Shown: positions 47,283 to 55,879 of the stretch, in pieces
Position numbering within the stretch: the first letter of the stretch is position 1
Layout: each line of letters starts with the position of its first letter
IMG/VR virus record: IMGVR_UViG_3300036393_000024
Location: 1 to 61,278 of that record
Reading direction: 5' to 3' (one strand)
Length of the DNA: 61,278 nucleotides
Source of the DNA: a virus
Lineage: Duplodnaviria > Caudoviricetes
The notes under the pieces: model-generated
What the model was told of the DNA's origin: nothing
What the model saw: only the letters and a program-made list of their open reading frames with translations
Database searches by the model: none
Made by a program: the position numbers and the translations under genes

Positions 47283-47299
47283 CTGTAACGGCGTTACAG
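47283..47299. promoter_or_regulatory. Perfect-palindrome variant of the 15-bp motif, downstream of rep
   Basis: CTGTAACG-G-CGTTACAG. Confidence 0.6.
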
Positions 47300-47393
47300 A
47301 GCAAGTGTGACACGTGGACCTGGCGGGGTGGTAGAGCGTTGTTCCTGGTCAGCGCTTCGAAGCGGCGGTGGGGAGTACTGGTCCCGTGGTTGA

Positions 47394-48449
47394 TCATGAC
47401 ACCATCCGTTCCGGATCGGCTTCGGCTGTGGCCCCCGAGCGATCCTCGACGGCGCATCGGCCCCCATCGGCGGGCCTCGCAGGAGCCGGCCGGTCGCTAC
47501 CGCCGGCAGCGGGCATCGGTGGGTCTGGCGCCCGGTGCCGGCCGCCGCGTTGGGGTGAGGGCCGAGAGCCGCTCGTGGGCCACCGGGTGGGGCGCGCGGC
47601 CTTCGCGTCTTCGAGGATCTCGCGGATCTCCCGCTTCGCCTCGAGCGCGACCTGGCTGGGCGCCGTCGGCTGGTTGGCCAGCCACGCAGTCAGTTCCCGT
47701 TGGGCCGCCAGGTGCTCCTGCCGCACCTGGTACTCGCGCTCGGCCGCTGCGGCGCGCTCGGCGTCCTCGCGCTCTTGGCGGACCCGTGCGCATCCACGGC
47801 AGGGCTCGGGATCCCGGCAGCCCGGCTGGCCGCAGAGCGACCCGGCGCCGGCTGGTGATGGCTCGAATGGCGGTGGAGGGGCGGTGCTCGGGGGGCGCGC
47901 GCGTCTGGGGGTTACGTCGGTAGTCCCCCCAGGAGTAGTTACGGGAACTACGGGTTGGTCGCCATCCAGGTGTCTACCGGATCGGGCCGTTTTGTCTACC
48001 GGATCGGCTATCCGGTCGCCATCAGCTGCGATCGGGTCGCCACCTGGTTGGCGAGTGGATGGCTCTTCGGTCGGCCCCGAGTTGTCTAGTGGATCCGATC
48101 GGGTAGCCACCTGGGTGTCGCCTGGATCGTCGGTGGCGGGTGAATCGGCTGGCCAGCGGGCGAGGTCGACCATCCGGTAGACGGTGCGCACTCCGGGGCG
48201 ACTCCGGCCGCCGCCGCGTTGCACGACATGCACCAGGCCGCGATCGCGCAGCTCGGTGAGGGCCCGGGTGGCGGTGCGTTCGGAGGACAGTAGGGCGTCG
48301 GCGACCCGGTCCAGGGGGGCGCGACCGATCCGATTGTCTCGGCAGCCCTCGGCCACGACGGCGAGCGCGGTGATCGCGTTGCGGGTCACGCCGGCGGCGC
48401 CGAGCCGGCGGGCGTGGTCGTACACCTCACCCACCAGCCGGCCGGACAA
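47394..48449 (-). CDS. Replication initiator-like wHTH protein
   Basis: N-terminal wHTH (LDRVADALLSSERTATRALTELRDRGLV), repetitive linker, C-terminal CxxPxC..CxxC. Confidence 0.6.
   Translation of the reverse strand: MSGRLVGEVYDHARRLGAAGVTRNAITALAVVAEGCRDNRIGRAPLDRVADALLSSERTATRALTELRDRGLVHVVQRGGGRSRPGVRTVYRMVDLARWPADSPATDDPGDTQVATRSDPLDNSGPTEEPSTRQPGGDPIAADGDRIADPVDKTARSGRHLDGDQPVVPVTTPGGTTDVTPRRARPPSTAPPPPFEPSPAGAGSLCGQPGCRDPEPCRGCARVRQEREDAERAAAAEREYQVRQEHLAAQRELTAWLANQPTAPSQVALEAKREIREILEDAKAARPTRWPTSGSRPSPQRGGRHRAPDPPMPAAGGSDRPAPARPADGGRCAVEDRSGATAEADPERMVS
47957..48114. repeat. Iteron-like direct repeats inside rep (candidate ori)
   Basis: TGTCTACCGGATCGG at 47971 and 47993; GATCGGGT(C/A)GCCACCTGG at 48030 and 48097; GGTCGCCATC at 47957 and 48014. 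Confidence 0.55.
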
Positions 48450-48831
48450 TGCGCAGCCTCCGTTCGTCCTGGGCGGCGGGAGGCTCGGTGTCGCGTTCGA
48501 GGGTGTGCAGAGTCCAGTGCACGGCCTCGCTGTGGGTGAAGCCCTCCTCGAGGGCCTGCCGGTAGGTGTCCTTGTCCGCGACCCAGCGGAGCCGGTCGGC
48601 CAGGTTGAGGCGGTCGTCGATGCAGGCGGCGCCCAGCATCATCGCGATGCCGGCCATCCCGCGCAGCCGACCACTACCGCCGGCGGCGTCGGTCGCGGCC
48701 CGCCAGGCGTCGTTGAGCATGACGGCGTCGTCGGCGCGGATCGCGGCGACCCACTGCTCCACCGGCCCGATGAGGTCGGCGAGGAACTCGTCGTGGGCGA
48801 GGATGGCCAGCGGGCCCGGCACGGCGCTCAT
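48427..48831 (-). CDS. Hypothetical protein
   Basis: GC3 bias, operon continuity. Confidence 0.55.
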   Translation of the reverse strand: MSAVPGPLAILAHDEFLADLIGPVEQWVAAIRADDAVMLNDAWRAATDAAGGSGRLRGMAGIAMMLGAACIDDRLNLADRLRWVADKDTYRQALEEGFTHSEAVHWTLHTLERDTEPPAAQDERRLRIVRPAGG

Positions 48832-48844
48832 CGCGCCACCCGAA

Positions 48845-49849
48845 TCATGTTCGCTCGCCTTCGGGTGTGGTGTGGCGGTACTGGTGGCGGACGCGGTCGC
48901 GGGTGAGGTCGGCGGCGAGGTTCGCCGCGGCCTGGGCCGGCCACGTGCCATTCTCGGCGGCCGCAGCGGACACCTTCACCGCGCCACCGGAGAAGCGGCC
49001 GTGGTTGGCGGACTCGGTGGGGATGCCCGGGCGGGCCGACCAGTCCGCGGTCCAGGACAGCTCGCGCCGCTTGGACTGTGGGCGGCCGTGTGACTGCCGC
49101 TGCAGCTGGAAGGTGACCTGGTGGTCGTCGCCATGGGGCATCCGCACGGTCGCCACGACCGGGTCACCGACGTCGTCGTATGAGTAGCGGGCCTCGCCGA
49201 GCAGGATGTCCCGGGGGTCGATCCGGACCGAGCCGTACATCCAGCGGGGGTCGCTGCGGCGGTGCTCGTTGCGGCGGGCCCACACCTGCCAGCGGAAGCG
49301 GCCGTCGTGGGCCGAGACGCCGATGACGCGGGAGTCGTAGCCGGTCGGGTTGAGGCGGCGCTGGAGCCATGTCCCGTATCGCTCGGTGTGCAGATAGAGC
49401 GCCCCGAGCTTGTGCAGGTGCACGTGCCCGGCCAGGGTGTGCTCGCTGCCCCGGTTCCCGATCTTCACCTCGACCGACAGGCCACCGTGGCCGCCGAGTG
49501 CGACGAGCTCGGCACCGAGCACTCCGCGCTGGAAGTCGTCGGCGGACGGCGGGACAACCGGCAACGGTGCGGTGTATGGCTGGCCGATCTCCAGGTCGGA
49601 GTCGATGGGCTGCGCGAGCCGGACACCGCAGCGGTCGCAGCACGCCCATCGCGACCGGCGCGGGTTCGCCCGGGTGCCGGGCCCGGACATGTCGACGCCA
49701 TCGACCACGACCCGGTGCCCGAGCAGCCGGCACAGCGGGATCAGGCGAGGGGCATACAGCCAGAAGCCCCGGTGGACCCGGGCCCGGGTGGAATCGCGTT
49801 CCCGGTAGTCGGTGGAGTGCCAGCGCACCTTCGAGCTAAGCAGCGTCAT
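48845..49849 (-). CDS. Hypothetical protein
   Basis: 334-aa ORF, CRLLGH..CDRCG. Confidence 0.65.
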   Translation of the reverse strand: MTLLSSKVRWHSTDYRERDSTRARVHRGFWLYAPRLIPLCRLLGHRVVVDGVDMSGPGTRANPRRSRWACCDRCGVRLAQPIDSDLEIGQPYTAPLPVVPPSADDFQRGVLGAELVALGGHGGLSVEVKIGNRGSEHTLAGHVHLHKLGALYLHTERYGTWLQRRLNPTGYDSRVIGVSAHDGRFRWQVWARRNEHRRSDPRWMYGSVRIDPRDILLGEARYSYDDVGDPVVATVRMPHGDDHQVTFQLQRQSHGRPQSKRRELSWTADWSARPGIPTESANHGRFSGGAVKVSAAAAENGTWPAQAAANLAADLTRDRVRHQYRHTTPEGERT

Positions 49850-50243
49850 GTGGGCTCCGTCTCCGTGGGGCTCGTCGGGGCGGGAGAGGCGCCGCCGGCG
49901 GGGTGGTCAGGCCGAGCTGGCCGGGGTCGGTGATGCCGCGCAGGGCCCGGGCGACGCGCTCGAGGGCGTAGAGACCCCAGGCGATACCGGCGGTGAACCA
50001 CGGGCACGCTCGTTCGGCGTCGGCCAGCTGGACCAGCCGTACGCGCTGATGGTGCAGGTCGGTGGCGAGCCGGTCGGGCTCGAACGGCTTGGCGAGCGCC
50101 TCGTCGAGGTGGCCCAGGGCCTCGAGGCCGCGCCGCAGACCGTGCCGGAACCGGTCGTTCGGGTCGGTGCTCAGCTCGGTGAGGGTGGCGCGGTGGTGGG
50201 TGAGGACCCGCACCGCGGTGGCGATGGGCGCGGGGCTGGTCAC
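49836..50243 (-). CDS. Hypothetical protein
   Basis: Coupled ORF. Confidence 0.5.
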   Translation of the reverse strand: MTSPAPIATAVRVLTHHRATLTELSTDPNDRFRHGLRRGLEALGHLDEALAKPFEPDRLATDLHHQRVRLVQLADAERACPWFTAGIAWGLYALERVARALRGITDPGQLGLTTPPAAPLPPRRAPRRRSPHDAA

Positions 50244-50698
50244 GGCTGGCGGGCTCCCCGCTTCCAGTCGCGCACGGTGTCGCGGTCCAGGTGCAGGCTC
50301 ACCGCGACCTGGGCGACGGTGCGGCCGGCGTCGAACATGGCGTACGCGGCGCGCCGGAGCTCGTCCCGGCCGGCGTCAGCGAGAGCGTCCGCGGCGACGA
50401 CCGCTTCGGCGATCATCGGGTCGACCGCTCCCGCCGCCCGCGCGGGGACGGCAGAAAGTTGGGGGGCAACCGGGTCGCCGGCACTACTACCCCACCGACA
50501 GCCCGCCCGCCCGACGCTGTTGACGACCGGCCGCGGCTGCGCCGGCGAGGTGTCGGGGCTGTGCGGGCCAGTGAGCGCCGTGACGACCAGCTCGGCGAGC
50601 AGCTGGCCGAGCTGGTCAGGTCCGGGGACGCCGTGGTAGCCGTGGGCGGTGGCGGTGATGGTGGCGCCGTCGTCGTCGACGCCGACGGTCAGCTTCAT
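50240..50698 (-). CDS. Protein with C-terminal HTH
   Basis: GRTVAQVAVSLHLDRDTVRDWKR. Confidence 0.6.
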   Translation of the reverse strand: MKLTVGVDDDGATITATAHGYHGVPGPDQLGQLLAELVVTALTGPHSPDTSPAQPRPVVNSVGRAGCRWGSSAGDPVAPQLSAVPARAAGAVDPMIAEAVVAADALADAGRDELRRAAYAMFDAGRTVAQVAVSLHLDRDTVRDWKRGARQP

Positions 50699-51588
50699 GG
50701 CGGGCCGTCCTCCTCCTCGTCGTGCAGGTCGTCGTCCTCGTCGCCCTGGTCGCGATCCAGATGGTCGAGGTCGGACATGGCCAGCTGCTCCCACGGCTCT
50801 CCGGCCGACTCGCCGGCGGGTTCGCCGCCGGCGTGGCGGTGGTGCCACCAGCGTTCGTCGGAGAGATCCGGCGCGAGGAGCTCGGCGTCGGGGTGGTCCT
50901 CGTCGCCCAGGACGCGTTCGATCGGGCGCCAGGGCAGCAGCAGGCCCCGGTAGGTGTCGCCGATCTGGATCAGCAGCGGGCGGTGCTGGTGGCGACGGTA
51001 GAGCCGGATCAGCTCGCCGCGCCGAACCGCGACCCGGGTGAACGGGACCAGCGAGGACGGGATCAGGTCGGTGCGCGGTGTCGGCGGCCGCAGCGACAGC
51101 TCGGCCAGCCGGCCGACGCCGAGGACGACGTCCGGGCAGGGTGGGGTGTCCAGGACGTCGTAGAGGGTGCGGGCCGGATAGTCGAACGGGTCGAGCTCGC
51201 CGAAGGACAGGCTGACGCCCTCATCGATGAGATTCGGGTCCTCCCGGATGGTGACCTCCCCGTCCGAGCGGGCGATCTCCACGGCGTGGATGTTCAGCGG
51301 GTCCCGACCCCGGGCGGCCTTGAACACGGTGATCACCGACTTCACGTCGCGCAGCGACCACAAGGTGGGCTGGGTGAGCTGCCCGGAGCAGGGGGCATAG
51401 GTGTGCCCGGCGACGCGCCGATCGGTCGAAGCCCCGGCCAGCAGCTCCATGATCCCGGGCTCGCCGCCGTGGTGGCCGCGTCCGGTGTGCAGCAGCACCG
51501 ACCCGGTCAGCCCGGCGTCCGGGGTGCGGTCGGCGGTGTGGGCCAGGTCGGTCAGCACCCCGAGCAGCGCGCTGGTCAGTATGCGCAC
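50695..51588 (-). CDS. Hypothetical protein (weak resemblance to clamp-like phage proteins)
   Basis: SVLLH...ASTDRRVAGH...IQIGDTYRGLLLP; acidic tail. Confidence 0.5.
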   Translation of the reverse strand: MRILTSALLGVLTDLAHTADRTPDAGLTGSVLLHTGRGHHGGEPGIMELLAGASTDRRVAGHTYAPCSGQLTQPTLWSLRDVKSVITVFKAARGRDPLNIHAVEIARSDGEVTIREDPNLIDEGVSLSFGELDPFDYPARTLYDVLDTPPCPDVVLGVGRLAELSLRPPTPRTDLIPSSLVPFTRVAVRRGELIRLYRRHQHRPLLIQIGDTYRGLLLPWRPIERVLGDEDHPDAELLAPDLSDERWWHHRHAGGEPAGESAGEPWEQLAMSDLDHLDRDQGDEDDDLHDEEEDGPP

Positions 51589-52169
51589 AGCGACTGCCCA
51601 CCCGGCCAGTGGTCGCGCAGCCCGGCCACGACGGCCCGGGCCCGGGCCCGCTCCAGCCCTAGGCTGCCGGAGGTCAGGACCCCGAACAAGGTGGTGTCGA
51701 GCTCGACACCGGCGATGGAGGACAGCACCCCGCCGGCGTGCCGGCGCAGGGTGGGGGTGTCCATCTGGCCCTTGCTGATCGGGGTGTGTGTCTCGATGAA
51801 CGGCCGCACCGGCGGGACCGCGTCCTCCCCGTCGAACGCGACCCCGGCCATCAGCCGCAGCCCGCGCAGCACCTCCACCTGAGGCGACCGGTGCCAGCGC
51901 AGCCCCGCGAGGACCTCCGCGGCCGCCGGCAGCGGCAGGTCCAGGCTCAGCAGCAGCCGCATGACGGCGGTGTCGTGCTCGGCGGCGGTCGCGATCGCGA
52001 CGCACGTCGCCGCGTACTCCAGCGCGGCCGCCCGGTCGAGGTGCCAGACGTGGTCACCGCCCAGGGTGACCACGGTCGCGTACTGGCCGGTGGGCATCAG
52101 GTCGGTGCGCACCCACAGAGAGTCCGGGTCGACGTCCGGAGCGGGCTGAGGTCGGTGGGGAGGGCTCAC
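51576..52169 (-). CDS. Hypothetical protein
   Basis: RBS AAGGAG, GC3 bias. Confidence 0.6.
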   Translation of the reverse strand: MSPPHRPQPAPDVDPDSLWVRTDLMPTGQYATVVTLGGDHVWHLDRAAALEYAATCVAIATAAEHDTAVMRLLLSLDLPLPAAAEVLAGLRWHRSPQVEVLRGLRLMAGVAFDGEDAVPPVRPFIETHTPISKGQMDTPTLRRHAGGVLSSIAGVELDTTLFGVLTSGSLGLERARARAVVAGLRDHWPGGQSLCAY

Positions 52170-52217
52170 GGGGAAACTCCTTGGTGCAGGTGGGGAGCGG
52201 GGGTGCCGGGGTTGACG

Positions 52218-52781
52218 TCAGCCGGTGGGCCAGCCGTGCAGCTCGGGCTGCGGCGCGCGGGCATCGGTGACCGGGGCGAACCACCGCCGCCACCCGCCTG
52301 GTCGCTCGGGTGGGATAGCGAGCACCGGCGGCGTCCACGCCGGCCCGCCGGCCGCCACGAGCTCGTCGACGTCCGGATCCGGTGCGGGGGTGTCCTGGAC
52401 GGGTGCCCACTCGCGGGCCTCAGCGGACGCCACCGCCACGAGCTCGGCCGGGTCGACGTGGCAGGAGTCGTCGGCGGGGTCGTCCCGGAACACGTCGTAG
52501 CGGGTGTAGCCGACAACGTCGACCGGCTCGTCGAGCAGGGTGCCCGTCACCGTGATCCGCACCTGCCCGGCGCCAGGCATGGGCTGGGCGAGCACGATCC
52601 ACCCGGGCTCGAGCAGCTGCGCCCAGTCCAGCAGCGCCTCGACGTCGCGCAGCGGGTAGGAGCCGGGGTGCAGCAGCCACCGGTCAGCACGGCGCGCGGG
52701 CGGGCCCAGCAGCGGCCGCAGCTGGTGCTCGGTGCGCAGCTGCTCGAGCCGGTCCGGGAACCCCTGGGCCGGCGCGGTCAC
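52218..52781 (-). CDS. Hypothetical protein
   Basis: GTGA coupling, GC3 bias. Confidence 0.55.
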   Translation of the reverse strand: MTAPAQGFPDRLEQLRTEHQLRPLLGPPARRADRWLLHPGSYPLRDVEALLDWAQLLEPGWIVLAQPMPGAGQVRITVTGTLLDEPVDVVGYTRYDVFRDDPADDSCHVDPAELVAVASAEAREWAPVQDTPAPDPDVDELVAAGGPAWTPPVLAIPPERPGGWRRWFAPVTDARAPQPELHGWPTG

Positions 52782-53017
52782 GGCCGCACCGCCAGTGCCG
52801 GCACGATCGCGGCCGCGCAGACCAGCATCACCACGGTGGCCACGGCCGCGACCATGGTCGCGGCGCGTGACAGCTTCCCCCGGATCCGGATGCGTGCTCG
52901 CGTGCGGGCGGGCCCGAGCGCGGGCCCGCTCCAGATCGGCGCGCCCACCACGCGTCCTGCTGTGTGCCGTCCCACTAGCCCAGCCCCCATCCGGTGCTCT
53001 ACAGTCCGTGATGTCAC
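52778..53017 (-). CDS. Small membrane protein
   Basis: C-terminal TM segment. Confidence 0.4.
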   Translation of the reverse strand: MTSRTVEHRMGAGLVGRHTAGRVVGAPIWSGPALGPARTRARIRIRGKLSRAATMVAAVATVVMLVCAAAIVPALAVRP

Positions 53018-53174
53018 CTGTTCGAGTGACGCGAGTCGTGCATAGATCAGCGCGCGCCGATGTACTTCGCCGCGCGGTAGGTCACGCGGGTCGGGCCCGC
53101 GTCGTCATTTCTGGGTATGAGCTGCTCGGCGCGGCCGCGCTGTCGCGTGCGCCGGCCGCTCTACGGGACGCCGC

Positions 53175-53420
53175 TCACCACTCACCTCCGGCGGCCCGCA
53201 GATCCCCGGAGTCGGCGGCGCAGCGGGTGCCGTACGTGCCGTCGACCTCGACCTCCCAGTCGAAGCTGCCGCCGCGTGGCGGCCACTCCCCCACGATCAC
53301 CCCGGCGTGCCCGGCCCACGGGTGCCCGCCGCCGATGTGCACCCGCGCCCCGGGACGCAGCCGCGCCGGCCCGCGCGGCGGCGGCCACCGCCCACGCGAC
53401 GCACCCGTCGACGCGGTCAT
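53175..53420 (-). CDS. Small SH3-like protein
   Basis: PGARVHI..HPWAG..GVIVG. Confidence 0.5.
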   Translation of the reverse strand: MTASTGASRGRWPPPRGPARLRPGARVHIGGGHPWAGHAGVIVGEWPPRGGSFDWEVEVDGTYGTRCAADSGDLRAAGGEW

Positions 53421-53779
53421 GGGCGGAACTCGATCCCCGCGCCGGCACCCGGCGCGGTGTCAGGGCACCAGGCCACGGTGCGACCGTGGTGGTCCTCGGC
53501 CTGGTCGACGCACGGCCCGGCCGCCACCCCGGTGGTGCGCCACCACCCGACGCGGTGGCGCCGCAGCGGCTCCTCGGTGGCCAGCTGCGCCCAACGCTGC
53601 TCGGCCAGCCCCCGGGCCAGCTCGAGTTGGTGGGTGCGCCGGACCAGCACGGTGGTCAGCTGCCACGCCGGGTAGAAGAGGATGTCCGCGCGCGGCGGCT
53701 TCACCATCACCACGGTGCGCCCGTCCGAGCACTGGATCCGTTCCCGCCGGCGGCGCGGGGCCGCCGCGAGCACGGTCAC
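53417..53779 (-). CDS. Hypothetical protein
   Basis: Coupled ORF. Confidence 0.5.
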   Translation of the reverse strand: MTVLAAAPRRRRERIQCSDGRTVVMVKPPRADILFYPAWQLTTVLVRRTHQLELARGLAEQRWAQLATEEPLRRHRVGWWRTTGVAAGPCVDQAEDHHGRTVAWCPDTAPGAGAGIEFRP

Positions 53780-54030
53780 TGCTCAGCTCCGGGCAGCAGC
53801 GCCAGGACGGCCGCCCTCGGGACCCGCAGGTTGCGCTTGCCCACCCGCGCGGCCGGCAGCTCCCCGTCGTGGATCATGCGGTAGACGGTCATCTTCGACA
53901 CCTGCAGCCACAGCGCCACTTCCCACACCCGCAGCAGGTCCTTCGGGCCGACGCCGGCGGGCATGGGCGCGCCCACCTGCTGCTCCCGGGCCTGGCCCAC
54001 CGGCCCGGGCGGCCGTCCTGCCCCGTTCAC
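53776..54030 (-). CDS. Excisionase-like HTH DNA-binding protein
   Basis: LLRVWEVALWLQVSKMTVYRMIHDGELPAARVG..LRVP. Confidence 0.85.
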   Translation of the reverse strand: MNGAGRPPGPVGQAREQQVGAPMPAGVGPKDLLRVWEVALWLQVSKMTVYRMIHDGELPAARVGKRNLRVPRAAVLALLPGAEQ

Positions 54031-54506
54031 GACACACCGCCAGCGGTCAGCGCGCGCTGGTCGTTGGCTACGTAGGCCTGGTAGAGCGTGGTGCCGGCGG
54101 CGTCGACGTGCAGGTGGGGCAGCATCAGCTGGTCCAGGGTGGCCATGTGCGCGGCCACCATCGCCAGCTGCGACTCCAGCCAGTCCTGCGCGGTCCGCCA
54201 CGCCACCCTCGCTGCGTGCTCGCGGTCGCGGTGGTTGGGGCGCAGCGGCCGGCCGTGCCGGCGCCGGTAGACCTGCTCGGTCTCGCGGCTGTTGAGCAGC
54301 TTGTACACCGCGTCGACGTCGACGGGCAGCGTGAACGCCCGGTCCCCGCCGGCGGTGGGCAGGCTGAACGCCAGGCCGACGGGGTTGCGGTCCGCGCCGT
54401 ACTTGACGACGACCGCGCTCGCGCCGTACTCGCCCAGCATGGCCTGCATCTCCGCCACCGTCTTGATCACCGGCACAGAGGTCGTGTAGTTGAGCACGAC
54501 CGGCAT
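54027..54506 (-). CDS. Conserved hypothetical phage protein
   Basis: LNYTTSV...F.LP.D...ARVAWR...DWLE.QLA. Confidence 0.7.
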   Translation of the reverse strand: MPVVLNYTTSVPVIKTVAEMQAMLGEYGASAVVVKYGADRNPVGLAFSLPTAGGDRAFTLPVDVDAVYKLLNSRETEQVYRRRHGRPLRPNHRDREHAARVAWRTAQDWLESQLAMVAAHMATLDQLMLPHLHVDAAGTTLYQAYVANDQRALTAGGVS

Positions 54507-54778
54507 CAGCGGATCCCCTCGAGGAACTCCCGCACCTGCCGCGAGTTCTCCAGCTGCCCGGCGACCTGCATCATCGCGGCCAGCAGGATCGCCCCGTGGT
54601 CGCGGGTGTCGGGGTGCTTGCGAAGGTCCGACTGGATCGACGCGATCGCCGTGACGACACCGCGCGGGCCGACGTCGAGCTCGGCCAGCGCCCGCTCCCG
54701 GCACCACTCCAGGTGCTCGGCCCGGCTCCGGCCGGCCCGCCCGTCGTACACGGCACCGTCGAGGTTTTCGGTGGTCAC
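54506..54778 (-). CDS. Hypothetical phage protein
   Basis: RAEHLEWCRERAL...SDLRKHP.T. Confidence 0.7.
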   Translation of the reverse strand: MTTENLDGAVYDGRAGRSRAEHLEWCRERALAELDVGPRGVVTAIASIQSDLRKHPDTRDHGAILLAAMMQVAGQLENSRQVREFLEGIR

Positions 54779-55251
54779 CGTTGCTCTCCTCTCGCCGTCT
54801 CCGGCTGGTCATCAGGCGGGCCCGCCACCCCGGCGGCGGGCCAGTACACGGTGCGGACGCCGGCGACTGCCCGGGCGGCGGCCAGGTCGAGCTCGCGCAG
54901 CGTCGCCTGGCCTTCCGCGCTGTCCAGCCAGGCGCCGGCCTCCTCGCGGGTGCCGTCGAACTCGCCAGCCCCCACGGCCGCCAGCACCGCGTCGACGCGG
55001 TCGCGGGTGGCCGCGTCGTCGCCAGGCACCGCGCAGAACGCCCAGCTCGTCAGGTCCCGTGCCAACCTCAGGGTGTTCAGGCCGTCGTCGAGGTCCGGCG
55101 GGCAGCGGTAGTCGTCGTAGTACCGGGCTCGGGCCCGCCGGGCCAGCTGGCCAGCACCGAGCTCGTCGAGGACCCGGCCCAGGTACAGCGCGGTGTCCTC
55201 GCCTGGCCGGCGAGGCTCCCACCACGGGCCCGGGCCCGAGTGCTCGAACAT
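54775..55251 (-). CDS. Hypothetical protein
   Basis: YYDDY...GEFDGT.EE..AW..S.EG. Confidence 0.6.
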   Translation of the reverse strand: MFEHSGPGPWWEPRRPGEDTALYLGRVLDELGAGQLARRARARYYDDYRCPPDLDDGLNTLRLARDLTSWAFCAVPGDDAATRDRVDAVLAAVGAGEFDGTREEAGAWLDSAEGQATLRELDLAAARAVAGVRTVYWPAAGVAGPPDDQPETARGEQR

Positions 55252-55472
55252 CAGACGGTCACCTGCTCGCACTGCACGATCGACACCTCGGCGTGCGCAC
55301 CCATCTCGGCGTAGGTTCGGACCCACGCATCGGCCTCGATCGCTGCGCCGGCCCCGTCCAGCGGGCCGTAGGCGCGCAGCGCCGGGTCGCCGTCCGGGTC
55401 ACGCACCAACACCACGTACCGGTCGACGCTGATGGTGAGCATCACCTCGGCGAGGGCCTGAGGGCTGATCAC
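55251..55472 (-). CDS. Small hypothetical protein
   Basis: Coupled ORF, AYGP motif. Confidence 0.5.
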   Translation of the reverse strand: MISPQALAEVMLTISVDRYVVLVRDPDGDPALRAYGPLDGAGAAIEADAWVRTYAEMGAHAEVSIVQCEQVTV

Positions 55473-55879
55473 GAGAAGTCACCGCCGTAGAAGCTGAACC
55501 CGTCGGCGTCGAGCCATTCGCCGCGCGGCCCGACCCGATCGATTCGGCGTGGCGGGACGTCCTCCGGGTGGCCGACGCACCAGTCGTACTGCCGGCGCCG
55601 GGAGACCGGGTCGGTCGCCTCGACGCGCGCGATGAAGTCCTCGGGGACCTGGCGGTGGCCGTACTCGTCCCAGACCTCGCCGCCGTCCCGGATCAGGTCC
55701 TTCCAGCCGGCCCAGGAGGCAACGATCAGTGCCGGAGGTGCGTACAGCTTGGCCACGTTGTCCCACTCGGCCTCGGCGAAGTGGCCCTGGAAGGAGATCA
55801 GGCTCTTGCAGATGTGCAGCTCGTCGTAGCGGCCGCAGTCCGAGCAGATGTTGTGCCGCCAGTAGTAGTTCGTGCCCAT
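55469..55879 (-). CDS. Hypothetical phage protein
   Basis: MGTNYY...LHICKS...WDEYG...GDFS. Confidence 0.7.
   Translation of the reverse strand: MGTNYYWRHNICSDCGRYDELHICKSLISFQGHFAEAEWDNVAKLYAPPALIVASWAGWKDLIRDGGEVWDEYGHRQVPEDFIARVEATDPVSRRRQYDWCVGHPEDVPPRRIDRVGPRGEWLDADGFSFYGGDFS

Noticed and set aside
47300-47390. tRNA-like fragment (GGTAGAGCG...TTCGAA)
   Set aside because: No acceptor or anticodon stems could be folded, and the spacing is wrong.
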